A DNA stretch of 63,444 bases, counting the filler, from Phoronis australis (taxonomy: Eukaryota; Animalia; Phoronida): assembly GCA_002633005.1 (NCBI GenBank). It is 7 parts of 7 records of this genome, joined end to end, with 100 filler letters (N's around TTAATTAATTAA, not from the genome) between each part and the next. Parts side by side here need not be neighbours in the genome. Positions count along the whole stretch, not along the records: positions 1 to 5,043 come from NMRA01000113.1; positions 5,144 to 9,725 come from NMRA01002543.1; positions 9,826 to 18,187 come from NMRA01001904.1; 4 more parts are not named here. One strand, 5' to 3'. Both the position numbers and the translations under genes were made by a program. Of this stretch, positions 1 to 12,700 are shown piece by piece (the stretch's first letter is position 1; each line of letters opens with the position of its first letter). A model generated the notes under the pieces. That model was not told the origin of the DNA, ran no database searches, and saw only the letters and a program-made list of their open reading frames with translations.

Positions 1-1366
1 AGGTGTATACTTTGTGTTACTTCGTGACTGTGAAGGAAAAGTTCCAAGTAGAAATTTGTTTCTGGCATTCTAATGCTGTGCTAATCTCGTATGTTGGTAA
101 ATTTGTTTTTAATTCTATGTTTCTGTGGTGCTTTAAGCAACTGGTGTATAGGATTTGCTTGTATTATGAAGATTACTCACATTTTGCCCCTAGCTTATTG
201 AGGAGACAATGACCATGCCTTTCTATTTTGCAAAGTATGCCCTCTACTGGCCACTTTATGGTACCAATAAACAACCCTAGAAGGATACCGTATGCGGTGC
301 AATTGTGGGCGCATTTCAACGCTCCGCGTTGCTCTTGTCAGTTTTGCTGGTGCAAAAATAAAAATTTGTTATAGGATTACAGAAATCAAAAAAGTCAATG
401 TTAATGTACTTATGAGTTAATAATACAACCCCATCACCATCTCATACTTCAGAGAAGCACTTTTTATTCTTATTAAGGGTGCCCATTACCCATTGCTTGG
501 CCAGTTTTCAAACACCGTAACTGACTAAGAATCCTACGCACTGCCTGCAGTGCATGCTGGTCCATTTTCAGACCTCCTGGACAAATCCCTGTATATGCGC
601 ATGGAAAAGTCCTCTAAAACTAATAGCAAAGTTCATACTAAAACTAATCAAGATCTTCGAGATCACACGTGAAAAGAGGACGGTGGATACGAGGAGAAGT
701 TTCGTGTTATGGGACATACAAAGTGTCACGCAATGCTTCTTGTACTACACAAAAGCGGTCGAGCATGGTGGCAGTGCGCCAGTGGAATTTGCAATTTCAG
801 AAAAAATAACAGGTACGGATATTTACGATTGAAAACATACTTTCAGTGATCCAAGATACCGGCTTTCCAAACTAGTATTTAAGCAATTGGGTGTTGTTGC
901 GACTTACTAGCAAAAAGTTTCACAATATGTAAATTCCGTTCACGCGGCGGACTCAACACCACAGTTTCTTGAAGGTTGCTAGGTTTAGTGTATGATGCAT
1001 TTCTACACAACACTTCAAAAAAACTGCATTCTGTTTGAAGAAAACAAGAGCTACTGAAACACAAAGTCTTTTTATTTTGCTCAGTACACATGTCTAAGAT
1101 AGACGTTTCTCTAAACTAGATAATCACTCCTATAAAAATCTCAGTAGTTTCAAGAGAATCAATCATGTAAAAAGTATGCTTCACGAGTCTCAAACTGAAC
1201 AAAAACGCTAGTAAAAAGTGACAGAAGATTTCAAAGTTGACCATCAGTGGCTTGGATTATTTTCACCAAACAGCCACCACGCAAATTTCTCCCCCATGGA
1301 AGCCCCTAATTTGCGTCATCTTCCATTTTTTTCCAATTTCGCCCAGGGTGGACCCCAGTCCCCTAG

Positions 1367-3200
1367 CTACGATAATGATGGCCACAACAATATTGTAAGA
1401 ATATAGACAACAACTAAAACATGTTCATAATTTCCTACAGTTTGTGATGATAACTCATTCATGACTTCAAGCTCCAACTCATTCATGGAGGCAAACTCGT
1501 GGGCAGCAGCAGCATCAGCATCTTCAATATTCTGAATATTTCCGATTCGAGACGCGGCAACCATACAGGAAAAATCCAGCAATCTGCTACTTTTCTTTGC
1601 TTATTCCTGGCTTCTCGCATCATCTTTACAACCTCAGCTGACTGTTGTTATCTGCCTCATTTTTCACCTTCAGAAAATATATCCCTGGGTAAAGTCTTTA
1701 CCTTCTCAGAGAAGCGGACCGCTTTTCTAGTATTTTTCAGGGCCCAATCCTGCGGCAACTTGATCAACAACGTAAACGGCAGACAACTCAGGTGATGATA
1801 CAGCTGTGGTAGTAGATAAAATCTCAGATTGTCTTGAAATGTGGTCGAACTGAGTCTCGTTCTGGAGGGATGATGAATGAGCACCAACATCCAAGTGCTC
1901 ATTTAGCTAAGCATCTGTAGGAAAAGATTTCGAGCACCCATANNNNNNNNNNNNNNNNNNNNNNNNNNNNNNNNNNNNNNNNNNNNNNNNNNNNNNNNNN
2001 NNNNNNNNNNNNNNNNNNNNNNNNNNNNNNNNNNNNNNNNNNNNNNNNNNNNNNNNNNNNNNNNNNNNNNNNNNNNNNNNNNNNNNNNNNNNNNNNNNNN
2101 NNNNNNNNNNNNNNNNNNNNNNNNNNNNNNNNNNNNNNNNNNNNNNNNNNNNNNNNNNNNNNNNNNNNNNNNNNNNNNNNNNNNNNNNNNNNNNNNNNNN
2201 NNNNNNNNNNNNNNNNNNNNNNNNNNNNNNNNNNNNNNNNNNNNNNNNNNNNNNNNNNNNNNNNNNNNNNNNNNNNNNNNNNNNNNNNNNNNNNNNNNNN
2301 NNNNNNNNNNNNNNNNNNNNNNNNNNNNNNNNNNNNNNNNNNNNNNNNNNNNNNNNNNNNNNNNNNNNNNNNNNNNNNNNNNNNNNNNNNNNNNNNNNNN
2401 NNNNNNNNNNNNNNNNNNNNNNNNNNNNNNNNNNNNNNNNNNNATGTACAAAATGGCTTCAGTTAAAATGAAGGCTTGTGTGCAAAATCTACTAAGAGAA
2501 AAATAATGCATCACTGTCAAGCTTTTGTTGGGAAATGGCAAGAAAAGACTAGATATTAAGTGCACACTCCCTGTATCTTGTACTGTTACAGTAAATCAAT
2601 ATACTAAAAAGAGGTAAAGGCAACAACATTGTTCATCACTGGCTTTCTGTTTAATATTGAGCACATCTGAGAATTACTTTGTAACACCTTGAATACTAAT
2701 TGAGGATTTATTTTTACCTGATGGCTTTCACCTTTCTTTGTGATACAAGCCGCCACGTGCCATGAGATCCAGTCGGACTGCGCTTCACGGAAACTGATGG
2801 GTATGAACTTCATTGCAAAATCCATTACAACCAAAACTTGGTGTGGGGTGAGAGATGACATCAGATCCTGTTTTGCTTATTCGTGGTTTATCCCTCTAAC
2901 AATATTCTGTGTGTTCGTGATAACAGCACGTCAGTTTTTGTCTAAAACCAAGTCCAAACTCATGTCGATGTGTAAAATATATAACAGCGCATTTCCATTG
3001 GTTTGCCAGTCCAACCTCCTATCTCCAGCTCTGGCAAGAATCAGCTGTAATTTCGATATACTTTCAAACTTCTGTGGCACTTTGCACGACCTCAGATGAC
3101 TTCTGACGTCTTTAACACGGCTAATTAAGGCCACATTTCCTCCGCGATCACACGTATGTAACGAAAATTGACCAAATGTACAAGAAGGAAATTCCTCCAT
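1367..3200 (-). mobile_element. Decayed DNA-transposon transposase remnant, probably Sola (Sola3-like); interrupted by the 1943-2443 gap
   Basis: Frameshifted minus-strand pieces read ...KLQLILARAG..., VLVVMDFAMKFIPISFREAQSDW-ISWHV, KLPQDWALKNTRKAVRFSEK and AEVVKMMREARNK. These match my recollection of the D(W/F)AMKF...RExQSDW...SWH motif of invertebrate DDE transposases. The family assignment is from memory, and no TIR pair was found. Confidence 0.55.
1943..2443. other. Assembly gap (501 N)
   Basis: Run of N. Confidence 0.99.
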
Positions 3201-3964
3201 ACTCTTTGCAGTGCCAGGAAGTGCATGTAATCTCGAACCCTAAAGTGCTATTGGTAAAGTCAAACAAAGAATGGAGTGTTCTAGAAAATTGGGGTCTCAA
3301 AAGTGAAATTTAAATTTTTGTGATATTGCATTGTTTATATTATATCATATATTTTAGGTGATATCTCTAAACTAAAAGTGTAGCCTCAACTCTCTTGTCA
3401 GTCAGAGCAAGGCCACATCACAAAAATGCCCAAATTAGAGGGTCACGTTTAAAACTAAATATAAAAGAGACAAGTTTTTTTAAAAGCAATTATCAAAGTT
3501 CAATCTTAGAAGTGTCTACAAAGAGAATTTCAACTTCAAATATATTCCGATATAGCAGGCAGGTTAAGCAACATCTTGCCACTTGTGACTGGCCTGAAAA
3601 GTGGTCTCGGAGTTTTCTCCCCTGCTGGAAATTTAATTGTACCTATGAGTTGCAAATTTCATTTTCTTACTAACCTTACATGAGTCTTTATAACCATCAA
3701 TGTCAAACTTTGTCACCACTTTTCCAAGTTTGATTTTTTGCCGTTCAAAAAAATGCAGTTTTACTGACATGAAAAAATGCAAAATATGACTTTATAGCCA
3801 AATAGGTCATATCTCAGTAACCAAAGGTCGTTGAGTGCAAATATTGCAGCAGTGTACTTTGGGCCAGCATCCCAACACATGCACAAAGTATTAGTTCTGT
3901 ATGAATTTTTGAGTATATAGTGATTTTTCATTTTCATATGGTTTTTATATGGAATCATTCTTAA

Positions 3965-4685
3965 CGTACTGCTCCCGCACTAACAAGTCTCTCAACTCAG
4001 CAAAGTCTTTGCCACAGTCGGACATGTCGATCCACCTGTCTAGGTTACGTTGTATGTGACGTGCCACAAACTGGTATGCTGTCTCGCCCTTCTCGGCCCT
4101 CGCTTCCCGGAACTGTCTGCAAAAACCCTCTTCAGTCAGCTCATAGCGCTTTAGCAAGGCTCTTTTGAGTGTAGCATAGTCCAGTGCATCAGCCATAGGA
4201 AGGCTAATATAAACCTGCAGGCCCTTACCTGTTAACAGGGGACTGAGACTAATTGCCCATTCACTCTGTGTCCAACCCTGACTCTCTGCGTATCTTTCAA
4301 ACCTTTCCAGGAAGTTGTCCATATCGTCCTGTTTTTCATCAAACTTGAGTAGCTTCGGTTTTATGCCACCAGTTGATCAAACATGGCTACCCTCCGCTGC
4401 AACCTGTTCAGCTTTCAGTGCTGCTATCACCCTCTCGTGTTCCATTCTTTCTCTCTCCATCTGCTGTTCGGCCTCTCGCGCCCTTTCCTCAGCCTCTCGA
4501 GCTTGCCTTCTCTCCTCCGCCTCAGCCTCTTGCGCCTGCCTTCTCTCCTCCGCCTCAGCCTCAGCCTCTGCCTGAGCACGCACTTCAGCTTGTTGTTTTT
4601 CAACAAACTGTCTGAGATTGTCTCCCTGCAGACCCATTTTTTGTCCGAGGGCCATCAACTCTCTTAGTTGAGATCTTGTCTCCAT
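3965..4685 (-). mobile_element. Gypsy LTR retrotransposon gag remnant (one in-frame stop, 3'-truncated)
   Basis: ORFs 4377-4685 and 3945-4322 are in the same frame, separated by a single TGA. A coiled-coil E/R-rich N-terminus is followed by KPKLLKFDEKQDDMDNFLERFERYAESQGW...LLTGKGLQVY...DYATLKRALLKRYELTEEGFCRQFR, typical of Gypsy Gag. Similarity ends at a TTAA (3961-3964). Confidence 0.88.
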
Positions 4686-4740
4686 AGTGAGTCGCTAATT
4701 CCAACAGTCCACGTTATCACACCTTGTTACCGTCAGTAAG

Positions 4741-5043
4741 CTCCTGGCGTGCTCGCCAATTGTCACGTTTTTCCCTGTGTTTGGGTGGGCGCAGGTTGTT
4801 ACAGACCGGTGCTAATAGCTTTCGGTGCGAAGATTGACTGAAGACTGGTTCGAGTTAATCCTTTATTAATCCCGACCGTACGTTTACAAGCCTACTCAAA
4901 CAAAACGTCCGACGTAATGTCTGTTTATGCTCCAGCCAGTGCTGCGAAGCCTTGACTTGTGTTGAACTTCTGAGATACTTCCAGCAACTGTTACACTCGT
5001 TAATTCAATAACCTGCTGTCTCTATAGCTGGCTCTCTATTGAC
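4741..5043 (-). mobile_element. Primer-binding site (tRNA-Arg-like) and 3' part of the 5' LTR of the Gypsy element
   Basis: Minus strand reads ...CGTGACA|AT|TGGCGAGCACGCCAGGAG. The plus-strand CTCCTGGCGTGCTCGCCA (4741-4758) resembles a tRNA-Arg 3' end including CCA. The LTR ends in CA at 4761, carries AATAAA (4862-4867, minus) and runs into the gap. Confidence 0.7.
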
Positions 5044-5143
5044 NNNNNNNNNNNNNNNNNNNNNNNNNNNNNNNNNNNNNNNNNNNNTTAATTAATTAAN
5101 NNNNNNNNNNNNNNNNNNNNNNNNNNNNNNNNNNNNNNNNNNN
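5044..5143. other. Artificial contig spacer (44N-TTAATTAATTAA-44N)
   Basis: Identical 100-bp spacers also at 9726-9825, 18188-18287, 45534-45633, 51761-51860 and 60147-60246. TTAATTAATTAA gives stops in all six frames. Confidence 0.97.
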
Positions 5144-5274
5144 TGTGGGTACTTGTGGTGTGGTCTGGTAGTGGGTCTGTGGGTACTTGTGGTATGTTCT
5201 GGTAGTGGGTCTGTGGGTACTTGTGGTATGTTCTGGTAGTGGGTCTGTGGGTACTTGTGGTGTGGTCTGGTAGT
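5144..5274 (+). repeat. 34-bp minisatellite, about 4 copies visible
   Basis: TGTGGGTACTTGTGGT(G/A)TG(G/T)TCTGGTAGTGGGTC units start at 5144, 5178, 5212 and 5246; the array abuts the gap. Confidence 0.95.
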
Positions 5275-5571
5275 TGAAATGTGGCTGCTTTTTCAATGTG
5301 TGAAGTTCACATCTGATAACATTCATTTGACAATGAGCATATTCATGCGAGTACTGCGAAAACAACGCAAGGTTAAGTAAGACTTTTTCAACGTTTTATT
5401 TTTATCTAAAACTGGGTTTCTTTTCTCTGGCATGGCTATTATTCTTTTCATTAATAAGTCTCCCCAGGAACCAGTTATACCCAGATGTACAGTAGACAGT
5501 TTAGACACATTGTACCAACCCTTTGCTTATGTATGCCTAAAGGCGTGAATGTAATGATTTCAAATTTACAG

Positions 5572-5755
5572 TGCTCAAAGGGAGGGATTGTTGTCAGAGG
5601 CGACATCAGATGAAGATATCGCTGACCCTTTCTACGCTTATTGCCGCTTGCATGCGGACAAACTAATTGTTCGTGTCAAAAAGAGAAACTGGCTGGCAAT
5701 ACAGTCTTTTAATAAGAACAGACAAGAGAACCCATCTGTATCAGGAAAGGAAGAG
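5572..5755 (+). CDS. PHF14: PHD finger protein 14, internal exon (end of ePHD)
   Basis: AG/GT bounded. Encodes AQREGLLSEATSDEDIADPFYAYCRLHADK...KRNWLAIQS, matching vertebrate PHF14 AQKEGLLSEA..EEDIADPFFAYCKQHAD. Not in the ORF track. Confidence 0.93.
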
Positions 5756-7136
5756 GTATAGAAATTTTGAAATTATAATTTAATATTATCCATTTAGTTG
5801 ATATTAGGAATTAGATTTCATGTGTAAAAATAACATGTTTGAAATTTGTTATTGTACGTACTAAACTCTTTTTTGACTTAGAAGATTAGCTTTTAGGAAG
5901 TTGTGTACCCTTTGTCTTGATCTGTATTATACCGTTAAATTTTGAAAGCTTCAATGCCGTCTTCAAAACCTTGTTTATTTCTGCGTCTGTCATAAAACCA
6001 TGCATAAAACTGACTATGTCATTCTAGGCAAAATAGTGCCTTAATTGGCATGAGACCATGTCACGTGACCATGTCTTTTTAGTTGTAAATAGCAAAAAAG
6101 AAAGGTGCATTCATAGCTTAACAATAGTTACCTATAACATGACCAAATTTTTTGATGAAAATCTCAGATGAGATTTCAAAAATATTTTTACAGTTTTCTG
6201 AAATGTCGTTTCATTTCTGTTTTATGCAACTTTTGATTTTTTTTGCACAAAAATCATGAAGTCCTATTGTGTGATTTTTCGTCATGCAAACGTGGAACAT
6301 TTTACAAATAATTCCTTAGCAGCGTTTTAGAGAATAGTGCATCATAGTTTACATTGTTTTCTCTGAGGTCACGTTCTTTGACCTTTTTAAATTTGTTTCC
6401 CTCATCATGACTGCATTCCTTGTTGTAAATAAAATAATCGTCATTTTTCATTTCTGGCAGTGCGCGGCATGCCTTACCTGTTCTGTTAATGTTGCATGTT
6501 TTTGGCCTTTGTTAACTCAAACCAGGGAATTTTTCAATTAAGTCAAATGCTTTACACATTTTATCTGGCCTGTACTTTGATAAAATGTATTATTGTATCT
6601 TCATCAAATTTTATTTTGTATAAATGTTCAAGATGAGATCTCAATAAATCTTACAGTTTTCTGGAAGACCATTTGTTCTTTGTCATGCAGCTTTTGATTT
6701 TTTTCAGGAATATCATAAAATTACTATTATTTTCCACAACCCCTCGAAAAAGTAGAACATTTTAAAAACAATTGCCATGAACAGCATTTTGGAGAGTAGT
6801 GATTAAAGCATATAGTCTGAAAGTTTCATTCTATCAACACGGTGTTCCAAAGTTAGTGAAATTTGGACATTTTTCTGGAGTCCGACATAAGCTAAACATT
6901 CTGTTATTACGGTGGTTGTCTCTGTGCTCTCCCATCTTGACAGAAGGACATGTAGTATGCCAAGCTTGATGTTTCCTGTTAGGTGTTGCTTTTTGCTATA
7001 CTTTGCTTTTACTTGTGTCACGGGGTCCTCGAGGGCGTCTCGGAATTCAAGATTTGGCTACCGTTGTAATCGGCAGTCAATCTTTGCATTAAATAACCTG
7101 TCAACGTGTTTGCCTTTAAAGGTAATCTCTTTCCAG

Positions 7137-7212
7137 CTGAGAGTTCAGAGGAAACTGAATCGTCACCGTCGCAAGTTCCAAGAGGCTAAAGCTTTGCGAG
7201 ACCCCCCATGGA
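7137..7212 (+). CDS. PHF14: PHF14 internal exon
   Basis: ttccag|LRVQRKLNRHRRKFQEAKALRDPPW|gtaag; phase 0 in, phase 1 out, consistent with neighbouring exons. Confidence 0.88.
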
Positions 7213-8070
7213 GTAAGGGTTTTTCAACGTCATTGATTAGACTTTATAGCAAAATAAAAAAGTGTTGTTTTAGCTTAAAATTTTGCTCCAAATGTTCGTC
7301 ATGACTAAACAGTTTAGGGTTGCAGTTAACGTAAGTAGCCAGACTGCGCCTTTAACCAAATATCTACAGGAATGCCTGGGACACGACCATTTGTGGAATA
7401 TATCCTGTTAGTTTTTCCTGAAATATTTCCCGAATTTTTAAATTCATGGCAACGCAGCCAATGTGAATTGGTCAAATTATCTGAATGTTACTCAAATTAA
7501 TTTTGTAAGGGTTGTAATCTCATGCTGTAGCTACCCAATTCCCATATTCCGCACACCCGCGGAGTACCGCTCTTCTCGGCAGTGAGGTAAGATTGTAGCG
7601 ATTGTACAGCGTTGGTGCTATGCGCACGGTGGGCACATTTTCATTATCATGGTGTCAGCTGACCGTGGGTTTTTTAATCAGGGAAAGGGTGAAATGTGAC
7701 ATCCCACATCCATGGATATTTATCCAGCTTATTCCACTTCCTTGAATTGGCATTGCAGCCCACGGTCCAGCAGTAACACTTTCCCGGCATGACCTAAGTA
7801 TGCTATAAAATATAAAGTATTCAGACGACATAGGCTCACGTGATTCACAAAAGCGGGGCTTGTGACCTGCCTGTCGTTTCTAGAGGTGTGTCGCTATTTC
7901 GTACCTCATGGCATGGGAGAGCGAGCAGTGCGGAATGCGAGAATTACCCTCACAAAAATTTTCAAAATTATGGATGTAGTTGTCGTGTGTTTTATGACGT
8001 TTTTGCAGAGGAACTGGATCATGAGCTGATGCTTTCCCTTTGATAAAACTCAATGCTGTGTACATTCTAG

Positions 8071-8256
8071 CCCCACCAGAGAAGTGGCCACGATTTATCA
8101 ATAGCTGTGCCTCAGCTGTGCGGCGACTGATCAGGAAGGCTGAACTACTGGGAATTAACAGTCAACTGTCTAGTCATACGGTAGATAGAAGCGAAGTGAG
8201 AAAGAAGCCATTCGTCAACCCAGCGCTTTCTGTCGACTTTGTGGCGTACTTCTTGG
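8071..8256 (+). CDS. PHF14: PHF14 internal exon
   Basis: PPEKWPRFINSCASAVRRLIRKAELLGI...PALSVDFVAYFL matches PHF14 EKLPRPLTSSASAIRKLMRKAELMGI...PALTADFVNYY; AG/GT bounded and phase-consistent. Confidence 0.93.
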
Positions 8257-8369
8257 GTGAGTGATGCTGAGTCAAGCACCACCACAGTGTAATCTGTGCG
8301 TAGCCCAGATTCTGCTAACTATGATTCCTGGCATTTTGCTCTGTATTCAGCTGGACAATTAGCCCAGCA

Positions 8370-8640
8370 TTAACTCATCACTTAACAAACTTTTAATTCA
8401 TCACTTGGCTCAGCAGTCCCCATAACCCTCAGCTCAGCATAGCCCAATACAATCTTCACTGAGTTCAGCTTTTGGCTCAGTTCTTAGCCTTGCTCTAGGC
8501 TTCGCATTTAACACTGAGCCCAGTACTTAAGTCTACACTTAGTTTTTAGCTCATCACTTAATAAATACTTAATTCATCACTTTGCTCAGCAGTTCCCTTA
8601 ACACATAACTCAGCACTTAGCCCAACACACTACACTTAAC
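8370..8640 (+). repeat. Degenerate ~180-bp tandem duplication in PHF14 intron
   Basis: ctcatcacttaa..aa.acttaattcatcactt.gctcagcagt.ccc.taac occurs at about 8374 and about 8550. Confidence 0.75.
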
Positions 8641-8868
8641 TTGGCTCTTAACATTGCACTAGGCTCAACACCGTGCAAAACAAAGTTGGGACCTCTGGAA
8701 TCTGAGAAACACCATTAGCTCCCCCTAAAGTCATTTTCTGAAGATATGAAATACAGAGATCTTGCAAACAATCCAAACTTAAGTAATGAGTGTCTATTGT
8801 AGCCTTGAACGTATTAATGTGAATCTGAAGTTGTCATGCTCATCAATTGCCTCGTCTGTTCCTCTCAG

Positions 8869-8975
8869 AACGTAATTCTAAGATGACTACCATGAAGACC
8901 CATTTGAAGGAGCTTCTTATTCAGAATGGAACTCTGCGGGAACAAGAGAAGATATTAAGGGGCAAATATGACCAG
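8869..8975 (+). CDS. PHF14: PHF14 internal exon (coiled coil)
   Basis: ctctcag|ERNSKMTTMKTHLKELLIQNGTLREQEKILRGKYDQ|gtgac; phase-consistent. Confidence 0.9.
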
Positions 8976-9641
8976 GTGACTATTTGACAAATGTACTAAT
9001 GTCAGTCATAGGTATTATGACAACGATAATGGTAATGGCACAAAGTAAGCAGGTAATTGGAGGCATTTTCTGGTGCAGGTTACATTGATCACCTGATTAT
9101 GGCTCATGAGGGCCCATCGCTGTGAGGTTCCCATGGGTTAAGTCAACAACATATGTCTGTCGCTCACAGGAAGTTGGAAAGGTTGTTAAACCCGAAAGTT
9201 CTATCAATTCCCTCAGGTTACTTGTCTATCAAGTAGTGGACTGCTGTAGTGGACTGCTGAACCTTTGACAGACTGAGCAAATGACAATGTTATTCTGAAA
9301 ATGACATGCTAAGACCAGATGAAATTAGACGATGTAGAAACGAGCAAAACACTTTGAAATTTGAGCCTCAGTGAGCGTGGTTCTTCATTATGTAATAGTA
9401 GTGATAGTTCTGTAGTAATGGCAGCTATGGCTGCTCTTCTACTGATTCTTATAGTTTGATTATAATGGGACTATTTTTACTAATAGTTCGTTTACCTGAA
9501 TTGATAATTGAGTTAAAGGATGCCAGGTGGCGCTATGAGCACTAGTCCATAGAGCCCACACAAACTGGTGATCGGTATAAATGATTGACTCTTGTTCACT
9601 GTCATTCTATAAGTTTGTGGAACAATTGTTTGTTTTTCTAG

Positions 9642-9725
9642 TTATCCCACGACGTAAACAGTTTAACAGGGTCCAATAAAGAACTGGTGCATGTTGGCGA
9701 GAAAATGTGGAAGCTGTTAGGAGAC
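9642..9725 (+). CDS. PHF14: PHF14 internal exon, truncated by gap
   Basis: tttttctag|LSHDVNSLTGSNKELVHVGEKMWKLLGD, then N; aligns with PHF14 ...NGKLRSEGQGIWALLG. Confidence 0.85.
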
Positions 9726-12700
9726 NNNNNNNNNNNNNNNNNNNNNNNNNNNNNNNNNNNNNNNNNNNNTTAATTAATTAANNNNNNNNNNNNNNNNNNN
9801 NNNNNNNNNNNNNNNNNNNNNNNNNCCTTTTCAATTTAGCCGGTGGAGCGTGAGACCCCTGAGGTCCCAATCGAGTCCTCACGACAACTTCGCGTTATGC
9901 AAGTAACTGGCCCGGCGGGTCAGCACATTTATTTGCTGAAGCTCGAGCACTGACTGTGAGTCAGTTGAAGTTGAGCTAGAGCTGAAGTTGAGATAAAGTT
10001 ACAATTGCGTTGCAGCTACAGCATCACTGGTTACAGTGTTAGCCAGTAGAGACGGTGTATTATTGAATCAACGAGTGTAGCCGATTGCTGTAAGTCATTG
10101 TCTCAGAAATTCAGAACAAGTCAAGGCTTCGCAGCAGTGACAGGAGCATAGAACATACATTACGCAGGCCGTTTTGGTGGAGTAGACTCAGTTGTGAACG
10201 TACGGTGGAGATGGAAAAAGGGATTAACCCGAACCAACCAGCCATCAGTCTGTCATTGCAACCATAGCTATTAGCACCGGCACAGACGGTGGCACCGGTC
10301 AGTGACAACCTGCTCCCGGCACCCACCAACGGGGTAAAAGGTAACAAACAGATTAAGATAAAGGCTTTTTACAAAAGTGTGTTGCCACATTGATTATTAT
10401 TCACGTCGAAATAAAAACAGGTTTCGTGTATATCTATAACCTTCCCCTTCGAAATCCAGCATAAGGCATTGGGGCGGCGCAGCACCGACTAAGTGGGGGT
10501 TGTAGGTCCCCTAGTCCCCTAATGGTACACTTGCATGGCTGCGTTCCGTATACCCCAAACAATCACTAAAAACTTAAGACTGAAAATCATGAAACAGTGA
10601 ATTGCATCTCGATATCAAGATCCGGCACAGACCAATCGCTTCAGTGACTGTCGTTTTGCTTGATTAGGCTAGTAATGTCTCAAACACACTTGCAAACACT
10701 AACGTGGTTTTGTGTGGACTTTCGTGATCACGCTTTTCACGCACGAAACTTGGACGGGAACGCTGCGCAATTGGCACCGTGGAATAGCGGAGTTGCAACC
10801 GAATCGATTTAACGATTGCGCATGTCCGGAAATTAGGGTGCGCAAAGGCTACTGGGATTGTTGATGGTAAACGGGATGACCGACTGGTTTGCACGACGTG
10901 TAATTTGTGTGCATTAAACTACGCTGCTGTATGTAATTCTGCCGCTATTCGCCCTAATTAGCGCCCATGGCTCAACAAGTGCCCCAACGCGTTTTCAGAC
11001 TTTGCTAAAGTAAGCGCCCAGCCCATGAACTACATGCGAAAAATGCCCTTACCTACAGTTCTAACGTCTCCAATTTATCAATTGAAAGATCCGACAGCCT
11101 GAATTTGTAACGGACCACGAGCCTCACCGTTATGTCCGTATACACTTCAAACTTACGCCGCGATTCAAAAAGAACGCAGAAGTTTTGCTGCTCTTGCGAG
11201 GGATGTGCCCCACTACGCGGGTCTGGACTTTGAAAACAGACACAGCGTACTTGTCAAAGAGCGGGATTGCATTGTTTCTTTCCAGTACAGATCTTCTCCG
11301 GCCTCAAACTTCTTTGTGCATGTGAAAACCGTGAATCGAAGACTAATAAAAAAAACTCGACCAGTGTTAGCACGCGACCAAGAAGCGCGCGCTGCATAAT
11401 GTACCGACTGTCATCGAAGATTAATCGGGTAACATAGCATCGGCAAATAAATATTGGCACTAATTTCCGAAAGTTTCCAATACCGTAAAAAGCTTCTGCA
11501 TTATTTTTAAGAGAAATTATTTAACTAATCATAATTGGTGTTTTTAAGGTCAAAATGACCCACTTCGCACCCTTACACCCCAAATCTTCCGGGAAATAGC
11601 TGTTACACTACGGTCACGCATCCACTCACCCGGCGACTCAATGAGTGACATGTCGGTCTTACCGAAAAAATTCTCGAACGTTTTTAGCAGATGAGGCCAG
11701 CAAGTGCTAAGCCGTAAATATTAAAACACGCTCTGCTTGACTGCTTGACTTATTTTTTTTTTGGATACAATGCACACCTAGATCATTACATTACTCTGGC
11801 AAATGAACTCTGACAAGCACACGCACGCTTACTCTCACACACACGCATACAAACTTCAAAACAAACGTCACGTGACAACAACATGTGTTCCCACAGAGAT
11901 TTTTCTCGGGTTGCGTGCTACAATCTAGCGTAGATTTGGACTTAATCTGCAGTTAATCCAGACTTCACAAGAACTTAAAAATCTTAGAGACGCTATTTGG
12001 AAAACTTGAGGAGGATTTCAGGTAATTTGTTGAGTCAAAGCTGTATTCTTATTTAAGAATTCAAGCCCTATCGACGATTGCGAGACCAGCAGCTACGCAT
12101 TTGTCGGCAAGATTTCGCCCTGGAACTTCAACAAAATTTTATGAAAAATGATCGTAATTTAACAACGAATTTTGATAGCAATGTACCACAATTTTGTAGA
12201 AAGTAAATAATAATAATCTGCACGCTTTATCTTAGCGCGTAATGCATATAGTGTGCATACGTTAAGTGAGTCGACCCAGAACAGGTGATTGTGCAGAGGC
12301 ATTATCCTCAAAATTGCTCATGTTGGCTTGGTTCTGGTCAAGCGAAAACAAGTTTTTTTTTCACTACCAACCGCCGTGGAGTATTTGTTACTGTTTCTTT
12401 GAAGGGAGATATTGTTGGGCAGTTTCTAAGATACGTTTTCTTGCCGCCCTCAAAATGAGCGCTGCACACTTTATGCTACGAAGTCGGAAAGAATTCACGA
12501 AGTCGGCCTTTGCTACCAGCTCTACCGATGTCTCTGACCCATGTTTAACGCAGTTCTTGATCCTTGGGAAACAGGTAGTAACTAAATTTTTTATTTCGCT
12601 AACTGGTATTATAGCATGCCAGGCACACAACACGTATAACCTCCCTGTGGCCGGTTCGCCCCCACGCTTGCCGACGTACTTGTTTACCGGCTTAACCACA

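Noticed and set aside
1903-2565. 220-aa ORF in the track
   Set aside because: Mostly X residues from the N gap.
5088-5099. Recurring TTAATTAATTAA palindrome as a biological motif or recombination site
   Set aside because: It is always centred in exactly 44+44 N, so it is an artificial six-frame-stop spacer.
5144-5274. 34-bp repeats as a CRISPR array
   Set aside because: The units are contiguous with no unique spacers, the context is eukaryotic and there are no cas genes.
9095-9270. GC-richer intronic stretch in PHF14 as a snoRNA
   Set aside because: No convincing C/D or H/ACA box arrangement could be identified by eye.
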